A stretch of 64,000 nt of DNA, from contig JAMOUX010000025.1 of the NCBI GenBank assembly GCA_027067855.1, positions 11,228 to 75,227 of the forward strand. Reading direction: 5' to 3'. The notes beneath the pieces are model-generated. The model was not told where the DNA came from and searched no databases. It was given only the letters and a program-made list of their open reading frames with translations. How positions within the stretch are numbered: the stretch's first letter is position 1; every line of letters starts with the position of its first letter. The position numbers were made by a program, and so were the translations under genes. This DNA comes from Candidatus Fermentibacteraceae bacterium. GTDB taxonomy: Bacteria > Fermentibacterota > Fermentibacteria > Fermentibacterales > JCC-6. Shown piece after piece: positions 37,960 to 48,958 of the stretch.

Positions 37960-39146
37960 ACGGCACGCCTCGGCTGGTAACCACCGGTAAGGAATTGGAA
38001 TCCCTGGTGGATGCACTTTCTTCCGAAGAAGCGGTAGCCCTGGATACGGAGTTTCACGGAGAAAATCGTTATTGGCCCGACCTGTACCTGGTACAGCTGG
38101 CGGGAAGCCAAGGTCCCGTGGCCGTCGACCCGGTAGCGATAAAGGACATGTCGCCCCTGGGAACATTGCTGGAATCTCCACACATCATCAAAGTGATGCA
38201 TTCGGCGAAAAATGATATCGAAGTTCTGTCACATCACCTGGGCGTGAGCTTCGCCTCGGTGTTCGACACGCAACTGGCGGCGGCTTTCCTGGGTTTCGAG
38301 CGACAGATATCCCTGGCGCGGCTGGTAAACATGGAATGCGGTGTGGAGCAATCGAAGGGGAATACCCTCAGTGACTGGTCCCGCAGACCCCTTGGTAAAG
38401 ACCAGGTCGATTACGCCCTCGACGACGTGAGGTTTCTTCTCACCATCCGGCGGAACCAGGTGAGAAGGCTTTCGAAATTCGACAGGCTTCGATGGTACGA
38501 ACAGGAGGCCGAATCGCTCACGAAATCCTGCGATGACGATACCGCGCTTCTCAAGGCGTTCCGCAAAATCAAAGCCAGGTCGAAAGTAAAACGTGACAGG
38601 CTGGCCTTGCTCTGGGCCCTGGTGAAATGGCGGGAAAAGGAAGCCATGAACCTGAACAGGCCCAGGTCGTTCATAATGAAGGATCATGTCCTGGGCGCCG
38701 TGGCGGCCCTGGCTCCGGTAACCCCGGAAGGCCTGTCCAGTCTCAGGGACGTGACCGGCGGCTTCATGGACAGGTGGGGGGAGGAGATAGTCCGCATCGT
38801 CAGGGAGTCGCTGCGTTCCCCGAGGAAGAAGTATCCCAGGATGCCCAGGAACAACTCCGAACCCGGGGTATCCGCGAGGAAAGACATCCTCAGGATTTTC
38901 CTCAAACAGGAATCGAAGAGACTGGGAATAGCCCCCGAGCTTCTCGTCTCGAAAGAATTGTTGGATTCCCTGGCCAAATCCCCTCCATCCGACGAGGAAG
39001 AACTGGATTCACTCATGGAGCTGTCCGGATGGAGAAAGGAAGCCCTGGGATACGGCATCTTCGCCCTCCTCAAGGGGGAACTGGCTCTGAAGATCTCCCC
39101 TGGGAAAGGAAGCAACGGCCTGGAATTCGTGAGGATCAAGGATTGA
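37956..39146 (+). CDS. rnd: Ribonuclease D
   Basis: ALDTEF, LVQLA, FDTQLAA, SDWSRRPL, YALDDV; HRDC; GWRK. Confidence 0.9.
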   Translation: MNGTPRLVTTGKELESLVDALSSEEAVALDTEFHGENRYWPDLYLVQLAGSQGPVAVDPVAIKDMSPLGTLLESPHIIKVMHSAKNDIEVLSHHLGVSFASVFDTQLAAAFLGFERQISLARLVNMECGVEQSKGNTLSDWSRRPLGKDQVDYALDDVRFLLTIRRNQVRRLSKFDRLRWYEQEAESLTKSCDDDTALLKAFRKIKARSKVKRDRLALLWALVKWREKEAMNLNRPRSFIMKDHVLGAVAALAPVTPEGLSSLRDVTGGFMDRWGEEIVRIVRESLRSPRKKYPRMPRNNSEPGVSARKDILRIFLKQESKRLGIAPELLVSKELLDSLAKSPPSDEEELDSLMELSGWRKEALGYGIFALLKGELALKISPGKGSNGLEFVRIKD

Positions 39147-39787
39147 GGCGGCTCTCGCCCCTCATGGTACTCACCGGAATGCGCTCGTTTCTGGGCGCCG
39201 AAGAAATACCGGCCCCCATGGAAAGTTCCGGAGAGGCTTTCCCCGTCCTGGTCGCAACGATAATAAGCCTGCGTACCAGGGATGCCGTAACCAGGGAAGT
39301 CGCCCGCCGCGTTCTCTCCCGGGCCCCAAACCCGCAGGCGATGGCCGCCATGAAACGATCCGAGTTGGAAAACCTCCTGAAACCGGCGGGTTTTTACCGG
39401 CGGAAGGCGGAGCAGCTGAAGGCTTTGGCCCGTATGATAACGGAGCGGCACGGGGGAAACGTGCCCCGGGATATGAACGCGCTACTGGAACTTCCCGGGG
39501 TGGGGCGTAAAACGGCCAACTTCGTCATGGGGATGGTCTTCGGCATACCGGCCATTTGCGTTGACGTACACGTACACAGGATATCCAACAGGCTCGGGTT
39601 GGTTTCAACCGGGACGCCCGGGGAGACGGAGAAAGCCCTGGAGAAACTCTTCCCGAGGAAACTGTGGATCGGGATAAACCATACCATGGTCACCTTCGGC
39701 CAGAAGGTCTGCAAACCCGTCGGACCCCTGTGCGGATCATGTCCCTTCGCCGCCTCGTGTCCGTCATCCCGGGCGGAAAAGGCATGA
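39143..39787 (+). CDS. nth: Endonuclease III
   Basis: SLRTRD, LPGVGRKTAN (HhH), VDVHVHRI, CKPVGPLCGSCPFAASC; start 39143 (TTG) or 39164. Confidence 0.9.
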   Translation: MRRLSPLMVLTGMRSFLGAEEIPAPMESSGEAFPVLVATIISLRTRDAVTREVARRVLSRAPNPQAMAAMKRSELENLLKPAGFYRRKAEQLKALARMITERHGGNVPRDMNALLELPGVGRKTANFVMGMVFGIPAICVDVHVHRISNRLGLVSTGTPGETEKALEKLFPRKLWIGINHTMVTFGQKVCKPVGPLCGSCPFAASCPSSRAEKA

Positions 39788-40419
39788 GTCCGAGATTCGT
39801 ACTGGATCCGGACGAACTCCTGGATGTGACCGTTCCTCTATCCTCCTCCACTCCATGCTGGCCCGGAGATCAACCGTTCGAGAGGAAGGTGACCGTCGAC
39901 GGTGGTTTCGTGACTTCGAAACTGATCATGAGCAGCCACTCGGGTACTCACCTGGACGCGCCGGCCCACCTGGACGATGTATTCCCGGGAGTATCGGACG
40001 TATCTCCCAGGCAACTGGTACTTCCCGCGATCCTGGTGGAACACCCGGATTCCCGGGAACCCGGAATACCGGAAGACCTGGAGGGAAAAGCCCTCCTGTT
40101 CAAAACCGGGGGACGGAAGGTGTTCCTCACCGGAAAGCGGGCCCGGGAGATAGCCGAAAAGGGCGCATACCTGGTGGGCACCGACGCCATGACCGTGGAC
40201 CCCCCGGGATCGTCGAACGCCCACACCGCCCTGCTGGGAGCATCGGTATGCATACTGGAAAACCTGTCTCTGGAGAAGGTGGAACCCGGGGAATACCTGC
40301 TGCTGTGTTTCCCACTGAGAATCACCGGCGGCGACGGGGCGCCGGCAAGGGTCTTCCTCCACCCTCTGGTCGAGTTCCGGGACAGTTCCCGTCAGAAACC
40401 GGGCAGTTCGCCCAGGTAA
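39784..40419 (+). CDS. Cyclase family protein (kynurenine formamidase-like)
   Basis: WPGD, HSGTHLDAPAH, ILENL, GGDGAPAR. Confidence 0.88.
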   Translation: MSPRFVLDPDELLDVTVPLSSSTPCWPGDQPFERKVTVDGGFVTSKLIMSSHSGTHLDAPAHLDDVFPGVSDVSPRQLVLPAILVEHPDSREPGIPEDLEGKALLFKTGGRKVFLTGKRAREIAEKGAYLVGTDAMTVDPPGSSNAHTALLGASVCILENLSLEKVEPGEYLLLCFPLRITGGDGAPARVFLHPLVEFRDSSRQKPGSSPR

Positions 40420-41546
40420 ACCCTGGGATAATCCTCCGGGTCGGCGTCGAACGCCAGGAACATGTTTCCGTCTATCACGACCTGCCATAATCTGGCCCGC
40501 TCGCCGGCACCCAGATCTGCGGTAAACAGCAGTTCCCCTTCGAGGCTGAAAACGTCGAACGTGGGCGTTTCAGAGGTTCCCCTGGTGACCCATATCCGGT
40601 CTGCTCCGTCAAACTGAAGGTTTGTCAGGGCATACTTGTAGGGATCCGGTTCCCACGTAGCCGCCATGGATTCGGGCATCCCGTTCTGCCGCATCTTCAT
40701 GCTCACGAGATCCCTCTCCTCCTCGATCTCCTCGGGAGTCTTCGGAACCCTTTTGAAATCGTCGTCCCTGAACGTGAAAATTTCTTCCCCGTCGGGGCTC
40801 CAGAGAGTGAACTCGTAGGATTCGTCGGACATTGGCGCGGTAAGCACCATCCCATCGGAGCTGGCGCCGAAAACCACCACGTTTTCCATCAGGGTGCTGA
40901 TATCCGACGGATCGAACGGCGACATCTTATCGTAATACACCACGGAGGGTTCCACTTCGCCCATGGGCCACCTGGCCACGGTGAATCCCATGTACATGCC
41001 GGAATCATCCTGTTTGAAATCGGGCTTCATCCCTACCGTATGGCCGCCCCTGACACCCTCGATGACCACCGGGGGAGAGGGGAAAAAACCCTGGACTTCC
41101 ATCATGAACTCCATGTTTCCGTTGAAATAAACGAGCCGACCGCCCATCGGGTCGCTGATCACGCACCAGGGAACCAGCGAATCGGGGAGTTCTTCTTCCG
41201 GAGGAGCGAAAAAAGCCATACCCGCGGGAAGAAGAAACTCGCCGGGACCATTGCCTTTCCGGCCTATCTCCCGTACGAATTCCCCTTCCGTCGAAAACAG
41301 TTTTATCGAATGTTGCTGCATGTCCAGCACGGCTATCAGTCCTTCGGGAGTCAAGGCCACGTCGGCAATCGTACCGAAAACGTAATTACTGTCCCCGAAT
41401 TCGACTCCGAGTGAGTCCTCGACCACCAGGCAAACGTCGGCTTCGTGAGCCGCGGATTCTTCTACGGCTACCGGAGCCGGTTCTCCACCGCAACCTGCGG
41501 CAACGATCGCAGCGGCCGCCACGAACAGCAAGGATATTCGTACCAT
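40392..41546 (-). CDS. 6-bladed beta-propeller lipoprotein
   Basis: Lipobox AAGC; IGRKGNGPGEFLLP NHL-like repeat; DGADRIWV. Confidence 0.8.
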   Translation of the reverse strand: MVRISLLFVAAAAIVAAGCGGEPAPVAVEESAAHEADVCLVVEDSLGVEFGDSNYVFGTIADVALTPEGLIAVLDMQQHSIKLFSTEGEFVREIGRKGNGPGEFLLPAGMAFFAPPEEELPDSLVPWCVISDPMGGRLVYFNGNMEFMMEVQGFFPSPPVVIEGVRGGHTVGMKPDFKQDDSGMYMGFTVARWPMGEVEPSVVYYDKMSPFDPSDISTLMENVVVFGASSDGMVLTAPMSDESYEFTLWSPDGEEIFTFRDDDFKRVPKTPEEIEEERDLVSMKMRQNGMPESMAATWEPDPYKYALTNLQFDGADRIWVTRGTSETPTFDVFSLEGELLFTADLGAGERARLWQVVIDGNMFLAFDADPEDYPRVYLGELPGF

Positions 41547-41555
41547 CGTTCCCCC

Positions 41556-42968
41556 CTAAAGATTAAAATAAAGCAGGTGTTCCCTGGGATGAGGACTTCC
41601 CCGGAACACGGAGATTTCTTCCCTCTTCATGCGGATGTATTCATCCACCATTTCGGGGGAGAACACCCCGCCTTCCTCGAGGAATCCCCTGTCGGCCTCC
41701 AGAGCATCCAAGGCTTCTCCAAGGTTTCCGGGCAGCGCCGCCAGGTTTTCAGTATCGTATCCTTCGGCGAACACGTTGTCGTCTATGGGACCGAATCCTT
41801 CGGCGGTGGGGTCCATTCTCTTCCGGATGCCGTCCACCGCGGCCATGAGCACGGCGCTCATGGAAAGGTAGGGATTCCCGCAGCCGTCGGGTACCCTGTA
41901 CTCGAACCTCAAAGCTTCCGGGGACCGGGCATACGAAGGTATTCTTATGGCGGCGCTCCTGTTGGGACCCGAGAAAAACCGGTAGACCGGGGCCTCCTGG
42001 ACCGGTATCAGGCGGTGGTAGCTGTTCACGGAGGAATTGCTGAAAGCGCAGACCGCGGGAGCATGGTGAAGCACCCCGGCTATGGCCGAAAGAGCAACGT
42101 CGCTTAGCCTGCAATAGCCTTTCTTATCGAAGAATATTCTCTCCTGGTTCCTGGTCATGAAAATGTGGAAATGCATGCCAGATCCCGGTTCGCCTTCCAG
42201 GGGTTTGGGCATGAAGGTGGCGGTCAGGTTGTACCTGAGGGCTACGTTCCGTACAATATGCTTGGTGAGCATCACGTTATCGGCTGCGCTCAACAGGGGG
42301 GAAAAGGTCACCTCCACTTCGCACTGGCCCGTTCTTCCCACCTCGTGATGGTGATACTTCACCTGTATTCCGGCCTTCTGCATGAGCTTGACCACCTCCG
42401 CCCTGACGTCGTGGAGGCTGTCGACGGGGTACATCATGTGGTAACCCGACTTGCAGGAATGAACCAGTCCTTTCGATTCCCCGTTCCCGGAGCTTTGCGG
42501 GGATTCCACGTTGGCCAGCCGGTATCCCTGGCCTTCCCCGTCGCTCCAGAAACGGGCTTCGTCGAAGAGGTAGAACTCGAATTCCGGAGCCCAGAAACTG
42601 TCCGTCGCGATATTGGTTCTCCTGAGGAAGTCGGCGGCCTTTCTGGCTATGCTCCTGGGATCCTTCGGAAAAAGTTTTCCGGTTTTGGGATTGACTATGT
42701 CGGCAAACATCACCAGGGTCTTACGCTCGGTGAACGGATCCTCGAAAACACGCATGGGATCGGGTTTCAGTACCAGGTCAGCCGCTTCGGTGCTGGTCAT
42801 GGCCGCAAGAGTCGAACCGTCGAAACCGATTCCCCTCGAGAAGAACGCCTCGTCCACAGTGCCCGCCGGCACCGTGACGTGACGCCAATGCCCCTTCACG
42901 TCCGTGAATCTTACGTCCACTTCCTCGAACTTTTCCTGGATTATCCTGTCGAGCTGTATCTTCATCAT
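41556..42968 (-). CDS. glnA: Glutamine synthetase type I
   Basis: FTDVKG, FDGST, HHHEV, TFMPKP, GSGMHFH, NRSAAIRIP, EYRVPD; start ATG 42968/42965. Confidence 0.95.
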   Translation of the reverse strand: MMKIQLDRIIQEKFEEVDVRFTDVKGHWRHVTVPAGTVDEAFFSRGIGFDGSTLAAMTSTEAADLVLKPDPMRVFEDPFTERKTLVMFADIVNPKTGKLFPKDPRSIARKAADFLRRTNIATDSFWAPEFEFYLFDEARFWSDGEGQGYRLANVESPQSSGNGESKGLVHSCKSGYHMMYPVDSLHDVRAEVVKLMQKAGIQVKYHHHEVGRTGQCEVEVTFSPLLSAADNVMLTKHIVRNVALRYNLTATFMPKPLEGEPGSGMHFHIFMTRNQERIFFDKKGYCRLSDVALSAIAGVLHHAPAVCAFSNSSVNSYHRLIPVQEAPVYRFFSGPNRSAAIRIPSYARSPEALRFEYRVPDGCGNPYLSMSAVLMAAVDGIRKRMDPTAEGFGPIDDNVFAEGYDTENLAALPGNLGEALDALEADRGFLEEGGVFSPEMVDEYIRMKREEISVFRGSPHPREHLLYFNL

Positions 42969-42984
42969 CCTGCCAGAAACCAAT

Positions 42985-44076
42985 TTAATCCTCCCGGTGA
43001 GTGTTTCTACTAATATACGCCTCCACCGCATGAAGCAGTAACCCGGGAAGATCGTCTCCCACGGCATCGCCCGAGGGTTTGCCGTCCACGAAAAGCCTCA
43101 ACCCGGAAGGTGTTCCTATCAAAGCTATCTCCGCTTCCCTGGCTTCTCCGGGACCGTTCACCTCGCAGCCCATCACGGCGACGGTCATATCTCCCTCGAT
43201 CCCGGCCAGGAGATCCCTTACCGCCGCAGCCACTCCAGCCACGTCCATCCTCGTCCTGGCGCATGTGGGGCAGCTTACCACCCTGGGAAATCTCCTTCTC
43301 AGCCCCAGGGCCGAAAGTATTTCCCAGCCCACCATCGGTTCTATGATCGGGTCCCCGGAAAGCGACACTCTCAACGTATCTCCTATGCCCCGGGACAGGA
43401 GGATGGACATGGCCACCGCGCTCCTTACGCTCCCGGTCAGGTCGGGGCCCGCCTCGGTCACCCCCAGGTGAATGGGATTGTCGCATTCGGCAGCGGCCCT
43501 CTCGTTGGCCTCCACCGTAAGCATCGCCGAACTCGCTTTCAATGAGAGGACCACGTTCTCGAACTTCACCTCTCTGAAAATCTCCAGGTGTCTTTCGGCT
43601 GCGGCCCACATCGAATCACCGTTGACCCCGCCGTATTTCTCCCTCAGGTCCCCGGGAATGCTGCCGGAATTGACGCCGATGCGAATGGGTACCCCTTTTT
43701 CCGCCGCTTTTTCGGCTATCTTCGCTACGTCGGCGCGCCTGCGGATATTACCGGGATTGAGCCTCAGCTTGTGGGTTCCCGATTCCAACGCAGCCAAAGC
43801 AAGTTCCGGATCGAAATGAATGTCGGATACTATCGGCACCGGCGACCTTTCGATTATCCCGGCCAACGCACGGGCCGATTTCATGTCCGGAACCGCCACC
43901 CTGACAATCTCCGCGCCTTTGCCGGCAAGCAGCCTCACCTGTTCGATGACGGCATCCACGTCCCCGGTGGGAACGTTGGTCATGGACTGGACCGAAACGG
44001 GAGCATCTCCTCCTATCCGGAGGTCGCCCACCTTAATCTGCCTGGTGAAATTTCTTACGGAGCCTGTCTTCTTCAT
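42985..44076 (-). CDS. ispG: (E)-4-hydroxy-3-methylbut-2-enyl-diphosphate synthase
   Basis: VQSMTN, DIHF, RLNPGN, HLGVTEAG, GDTLRVSL, CPTCAR, GCEVNGPGEA. Confidence 0.96.
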   Translation of the reverse strand: MKKTGSVRNFTRQIKVGDLRIGGDAPVSVQSMTNVPTGDVDAVIEQVRLLAGKGAEIVRVAVPDMKSARALAGIIERSPVPIVSDIHFDPELALAALESGTHKLRLNPGNIRRRADVAKIAEKAAEKGVPIRIGVNSGSIPGDLREKYGGVNGDSMWAAAERHLEIFREVKFENVVLSLKASSAMLTVEANERAAAECDNPIHLGVTEAGPDLTGSVRSAVAMSILLSRGIGDTLRVSLSGDPIIEPMVGWEILSALGLRRRFPRVVSCPTCARTRMDVAGVAAAVRDLLAGIEGDMTVAVMGCEVNGPGEAREAEIALIGTPSGLRLFVDGKPSGDAVGDDLPGLLLHAVEAYISRNTHRED

Positions 44077-44129
44077 GATCCTCCCCCCGAACCCCCGGAA
44101 GACAAATATGCAGTTGTCGGCCCGCAACT

Positions 44130-44981
44130 TCAAGAAGCGTCTTCCGCGGCAACCTTTCGCGCGGTCACAAACCTCTCCATGCCGGCAAGGTCCCTGTGAA
44201 TTCCTACATCCCGGAACATGACCGATTTCTCCAGTATCTCCGCAACCTCTTCCACCTGCCCGGGATCCAGTTCCAGGGCCACCAGCCCTCCGTCCCGCAC
44301 CGCCACGGGCATCGAATCCAGGAACCGGCGAATCACCCGGAGTCCGTCGGAACCCCCGTCCAGGGCCACCCTGGGATCCCATATCCTCACTTCCGGCTGA
44401 AGCGATCCGATCGCGACCGACGGAACGTAAGGAAGGTTCGCCGCCACACCATCGAAGGAGGCTTTCCGGAAAGAACCCACCAGGTCGGTCCGCACGAGTT
44501 CCAGGTTGTCGGTTCGATGTTTCCGGGCGTTCACGATAGCCAATCCCAGCGCTTCCATACTAACGTCCGAACCCACTACTAAGGTGCCGGGAAATTCCAG
44601 GGCGAGGGTAACGGCGATCACTCCCGAACCTGTCCCCACGTCCAGCAGGGAACGGGGTTCACGGAGCAACCCGATAAAGATGGAAACCAGCATCTCCGTC
44701 TCGGGCCTGGGAATCAGGGCGCCGGGACCGGAAACGAACTCCCTGCCCATGAACCCGATCGAACCGGTCAGGTGCTGGAGAGGCACCCTTCCGGCCCTGA
44801 GTTCCACCAGTCTGAAATACTCGTCCAGTATTCCGCCGGGCACCGGGGAGTCCAGTTCCAGCACCAGGCGGTGCCTGCGGAAACCCGACACATGGAGCAG
44901 AAGGAGTTCGGCTTCCAGTTCCGGGTTCGGGAGTTCCCGCAGGAGTTCCCTGCCCCTGTTCCTGGCCCGACGGAAAGTCAT
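44130..44981 (-). CDS. prmC: Release factor glutamine methyltransferase
   Basis: PLQHLTG, LIPRPETE, DVGTGSG, NLPY, ALDGGSDGL. Confidence 0.93.
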   Translation of the reverse strand: MTFRRARNRGRELLRELPNPELEAELLLLHVSGFRRHRLVLELDSPVPGGILDEYFRLVELRAGRVPLQHLTGSIGFMGREFVSGPGALIPRPETEMLVSIFIGLLREPRSLLDVGTGSGVIAVTLALEFPGTLVVGSDVSMEALGLAIVNARKHRTDNLELVRTDLVGSFRKASFDGVAANLPYVPSVAIGSLQPEVRIWDPRVALDGGSDGLRVIRRFLDSMPVAVRDGGLVALELDPGQVEEVAEILEKSVMFRDVGIHRDLAGMERFVTARKVAAEDAS

Positions 44982-44982
44982 C

Positions 44983-46062
44983 TCACTCTCCAGCCGAGGA
45001 GACCTCCGCCAGCAGTCTTTCCCGCTCCGCTTCCATCAAAGGCTCGATGACCCTGTCGAGGTCGCCGTCGAGTATATCCTTCAGGGCATGCAGCGTGAGA
45101 TGTATCCTGTGATCCGTAACCCTGCCCTGGGGAAAATTGTAGGTTCTTATCTTGGCGCTCCGGTCGCCGGAACCTATCATGCTCTTCCTGGCCCGGGCCC
45201 GCTTGGCCCGCTCTTCCATCCTGGCCATATCCAGCAACCTGGCCCGCAATACTTTCATCGCTTTCGCACGGTTCTTGTGCTGGCTTTTTTCATCCTGGCA
45301 CGAGACCACCAGCCCGGTGGGAATATGGGTTATCCTTACCGCCGAATCAGTGGTGTTCACACTTTGGCCGCCCGGCCCCGACGAACGGTAAACGTCTATC
45401 CTGAGATCGTCGGGACTGATTTCCACATCCACCTCTTCCGCTTCGGGCAAGACAGCCACAGTACATGCGGAAGTATGTATGCGCCCGGAGGTCTCGGTCT
45501 CGGGAACCCTCTGCACCCTGTGAACACCGGCTTCGAATTTCATCCGGCTGTAGACCCCCTTCCCCCGCAGGGCGAAGATGATTTCCTTGAACCCGCCCCT
45601 CTCGGACTGGCTGCTGTCGAACACCTCCACTTCCCACTCCTTTTTCTGGGCGTAAGCGGAGTACATTCTGAACACGTCGGCGGCGAACAGGGCCGCTTCC
45701 TCTCCTCCGGTCCCGGAACGTATCTCCACAATGACGTCCCTGGAATCGAAGGGGTCGGTGGGAAGCAACAGCTTCCTGAGCTTCCGCTCCAGTTCCCCTT
45801 CCTTTTTCCTGAGCGGAGACAGGTCTCCGGCAGCCATCTCCGCCAGTTCACGATCCTCGTCATCCAGGAAGGATTCCATCTCCAGGATGGACGAGCGGGT
45901 ATCCCGCAACTCCTCCATCACTTTCAATATATCCGCCAGGGCGGCCCTTTCCTCGGAAAGAGGTTTTATCCGGGCGGGGTTCTTCAGAAAAGCCGGGTCG
46001 GAAAGCTTTCCGTCTATTTCTTCGAGTTTCTTCTTCAGCGAATCGATGTCACCCACGTTCAT
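44983..46062 (-). CDS. prfA: Peptide chain release factor 1
   Basis: [16 protein letters not shown] (PxT), [16 protein letters not shown]. Confidence 0.97.
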   Translation of the reverse strand: MNVGDIDSLKKKLEEIDGKLSDPAFLKNPARIKPLSEERAALADILKVMEELRDTRSSILEMESFLDDEDRELAEMAAGDLSPLRKKEGELERKLRKLLLPTDPFDSRDVIVEIRSGTGGEEAALFAADVFRMYSAYAQKKEWEVEVFDSSQSERGGFKEIIFALRGKGVYSRMKFEAGVHRVQRVPETETSGRIHTSACTVAVLPEAEEVDVEISPDDLRIDVYRSSGPGGQSVNTTDSAVRITHIPTGLVVSCQDEKSQHKNRAKAMKVLRARLLDMARMEERAKRARARKSMIGSGDRSAKIRTYNFPQGRVTDHRIHLTLHALKDILDGDLDRVIEPLMEAERERLLAEVSSAGE

Positions 46063-47059
46063 CGGGATCACCTTTGCTTTCGAGGACCGTTACTCCTTCG
46101 CCGGGATCCTCTCCCAGGGCCAACCGCAGGGATGCCAGGGCCACTTCCACCTCGGGAAGCCCCGCCTTCCTGGTGGTCATCTTCTGGAGCAGCAACCCGG
46201 GGGCCGTAACCATCCTGGCCAGGACCGAGGTCTCCAGGTACCTGTCCGCCACCTTGAGTACCTCGTAACTGAGTCCCATGACCAGGGGCATCATGGGCAG
46301 GTGATAGAGCACTCTCACCACGGCGGAGGGATTCGAACCGGTCACGAGTATCACCAGGGAATCCAGGATACCATAGAAAACCACGGCGCCCAGCATTACC
46401 AACAGGAGGAAACTGGTTCCGCACCTCTGGTGGAGAGGACTCTCTTTTTCCGCGGCATCGGCCAGGGGCTCCAGTCCCTTCTCCCAGGCATGGATCGTCT
46501 GGTGCTCGGCTCCATGGTAGATGAATATTCTGCGGATATCGGGAATGAGCGAGATCGATGCGACGTAAACCAGGAACGCGGCTATCCTGAACACACCGGC
46601 CAGCAGGTGCACCGCGAACTGGCCCATCGGTCCCGTGGTCCCTCCCGGCTCCAGCAGCCACTTGCTGCCCTGCAGGGGAAGCCATGCGAAAAGAATCATG
46701 GCCAGCACCACCGCCATGGCGGTGGACAGGAAAGTCCCGGCTCCGTCACCGGTTCTTTTCGAAGGCCCGTTCTCGTTCCCGGAACCCATTTCCGCCACTT
46801 CCGCCGACCAGCTCAGGGCTTTCATTCCCAGTCTCAGGGTATCCATCAGCACGGCCGCTCCCCGGAACACCGGTTTGGCCCACAATCCGCCTTTCTCGGT
46901 GAGCTGGGTCATCTTCATCTTTCTCGCCAGTATTTTTCCTCCGGGAGCGCGAACCGCCACGGCAGCGGAATGAGGGGTTCTCATCATCACTCCCTCGATG
47001 ACCGCCTGTCCACCGGCTTTAAGTCCTTCCGGTCGGGCCGCCGACGTTTTCATCTCCAT
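46049..47059 (-). CDS. DUF1385 membrane protein
   Basis: [32 protein letters not shown]. Confidence 0.9.
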   Translation of the reverse strand: MEMKTSAARPEGLKAGGQAVIEGVMMRTPHSAAVAVRAPGGKILARKMKMTQLTEKGGLWAKPVFRGAAVLMDTLRLGMKALSWSAEVAEMGSGNENGPSKRTGDGAGTFLSTAMAVVLAMILFAWLPLQGSKWLLEPGGTTGPMGQFAVHLLAGVFRIAAFLVYVASISLIPDIRRIFIYHGAEHQTIHAWEKGLEPLADAAEKESPLHQRCGTSFLLLVMLGAVVFYGILDSLVILVTGSNPSAVVRVLYHLPMMPLVMGLSYEVLKVADRYLETSVLARMVTAPGLLLQKMTTRKAGLPEVEVALASLRLALGEDPGEGVTVLESKGDPDERG

Positions 47060-47085
47060 CTCCCTGACCTATCCTCTCTCCGTGG

Positions 47086-47116
47086 AAAAAGCTGGGGGGA
47101 GCCTGATGCTCCCCCC
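47086..47116 (-). terminator. Terminator-like hairpin after rpmE
   Basis: GGGGGGAGC/GCTCCCCCC stem then AGCTTTTT on the minus strand. Confidence 0.65.
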
Positions 47117-47137
47117 TTACCGCGATCCCGAGCGCGC

Positions 47138-47350
47138 CTATTTTCCGGCGGTCTTCCCGCCGTAGCGCTTAAGATACTTGTCAACCCTTCCGGCGGAATC
47201 CACCAGTTTCTGCTTGCCGGTATAGAACGGGTGGCAATTGGAACAAACATCGAACTTCTTGTCACCCCGGGTGGAACGGGTCTTTATCTTGTTACCGCAC
47301 GTACAGGTGAATGTCACTTCCCCGTATTTCGGGTGTATATCCTTCTTCAA
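47138..47350 (-). CDS. rpmE: 50S ribosomal protein L31 (Zn-binding type)
   Basis: [31 protein letters not shown] start after GGAGG. Confidence 0.96.
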   Translation of the reverse strand: MKKDIHPKYGEVTFTCTCGNKIKTRSTRGDKKFDVCSNCHPFYTGKQKLVDSAGRVDKYLKRYGGKTAGK

Positions 47351-47395
47351 CTCGTTTCCTCCGTATCCGTATCTACGTGGAACGACCCCTTCGGG

Positions 47396-48676
47396 TCATT
47401 CCGACATGCTACTCAATGAATCCAGGAATCTCTTGTTGGATTTGAACTTGGAGAGCTGCTTCTTCAGTACTTCCATAGCCTCCACCGGGTTCATGTCCAC
47501 CAGGATCTTCCTCATTACCCATATCCTGCTCAGGTTTCCTTCGTCCACCAGCAGTTCTTCCTTGCGGGTGCCGGACTTGGTTATGTCTATTGCGGGCCAT
47601 ATCCTCCGGTCGGCCAGCCGCCTGTCGAGGACTATCTCCGAGTTTCCGGTTCCCTTGAACTCCTCGAATATAACCTCGTCCATCCTGCTTCCGGTATCCA
47701 CCAATGCCGTACCGATTATCGTCAGGCTCCCACCGTCCACTATGTTCCTGGCCGCGCCGAAAAATCTCTTGGGTTTCTGCAGCGCGTTGGAATCCACGCC
47801 TCCCGACAGGATCTTGCCGGAGTGAGGCATGACCTGGTTGTTCGCCCTGGCCAGCCTCGTGATGGAATCCAGCAGGATGACCACGTCGTAACCGCTCTCC
47901 ACCAGGCGTTTCGCTTTCTCCAGGACTATGTCGGCTATCTGGATGTGCCGTTTGGGCGCCTCGTCGAAAGTCGAGGCAATCACCTCTCCCTTCACATTCC
48001 TGCGCATGTCGGTGACTTCTTCGGGTCTTTCGTCGATGAGCAGAATGAGCAGCTTGGTCTCAGGATGATTGGCCGCTATGCTGTTGGCCAGGGTTTGCAG
48101 CAACATGGTCTTACCGGCCCTGGGGGGTGAGACTATGAGAGCCCTCTGCCCCTTGCCTATGGGTACCAACAGGTCCAATATCCTCCCGGACAGGTTCTCA
48201 GGTACGGTTTCGAGCATGAACCTCTCCTCGGGATAGAAAGGAACGAGGCTGTCGAATGAAGGCCGGTTCTTGAGATCCTCCAGGCTTTTCCCGTTCACCC
48301 TCTCTATCCTCAGAAGGGCGAAGTATTTCTCACCGCTCTTGGGACGTCTCACCTGCCCGGTTACGGTGTCTCCGGTATTCAGGCCGAATCTCTTTATCTG
48401 GGAAGGTGAAACGTATATGTCATTGGAACTGGGAAGGTAACTTCCCTCGTTGGACCTCAGGAAACCGTATCCGTCGGAAAGGACCTCGAGTACCCCTGTG
48501 GCGAATTCCAGCCCGTTATTCTCGGTCTTCTTCTCCAGAAGTTTCCTGATCAGGTCCATTTTCCTGATCCCGGTGACCCTTCCAAGACCCTTCTTTCTCG
48601 CCAGGGCCTGCAACTCCACGAGGGTCATCTTCTCCATGTCACTCTGTGAAAATCCGGGGTCGGGTATCTGGCTCAT
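47396..48676 (-). CDS. rho: Transcription termination factor Rho
   Basis: [46 protein letters not shown]. Confidence 0.98.
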   Translation of the reverse strand: MSQIPDPGFSQSDMEKMTLVELQALARKKGLGRVTGIRKMDLIRKLLEKKTENNGLEFATGVLEVLSDGYGFLRSNEGSYLPSSNDIYVSPSQIKRFGLNTGDTVTGQVRRPKSGEKYFALLRIERVNGKSLEDLKNRPSFDSLVPFYPEERFMLETVPENLSGRILDLLVPIGKGQRALIVSPPRAGKTMLLQTLANSIAANHPETKLLILLIDERPEEVTDMRRNVKGEVIASTFDEAPKRHIQIADIVLEKAKRLVESGYDVVILLDSITRLARANNQVMPHSGKILSGGVDSNALQKPKRFFGAARNIVDGGSLTIIGTALVDTGSRMDEVIFEEFKGTGNSEIVLDRRLADRRIWPAIDITKSGTRKEELLVDEGNLSRIWVMRKILVDMNPVEAMEVLKKQLSKFKSNKRFLDSLSSMSE

Positions 48677-48958
48677 TTGTCCTCTTCGGTTAGTGTTTCG
48701 ACATGAATACATGTATTGGAATCCCGCCTGCACAGGCGATCATTCGATTGCCGGCAAAATTTTTCCCCGGGTCAGCCCATTGCTCAGCGCCGAGGAGTGT
48801 AATCATGAGAATATCCGACGTCTTCCAGGTAAGCGCGTTTATAATTTCAAATTCGCGGCCCTCCGTCAACCCCGGCGGGGAAATGCCGCTTCCGGGTACT
48901 CCACTTATATTCATCGCCGGACAAGCGCAACATTCGAATCCGAAACGAAGGTTCTCGG

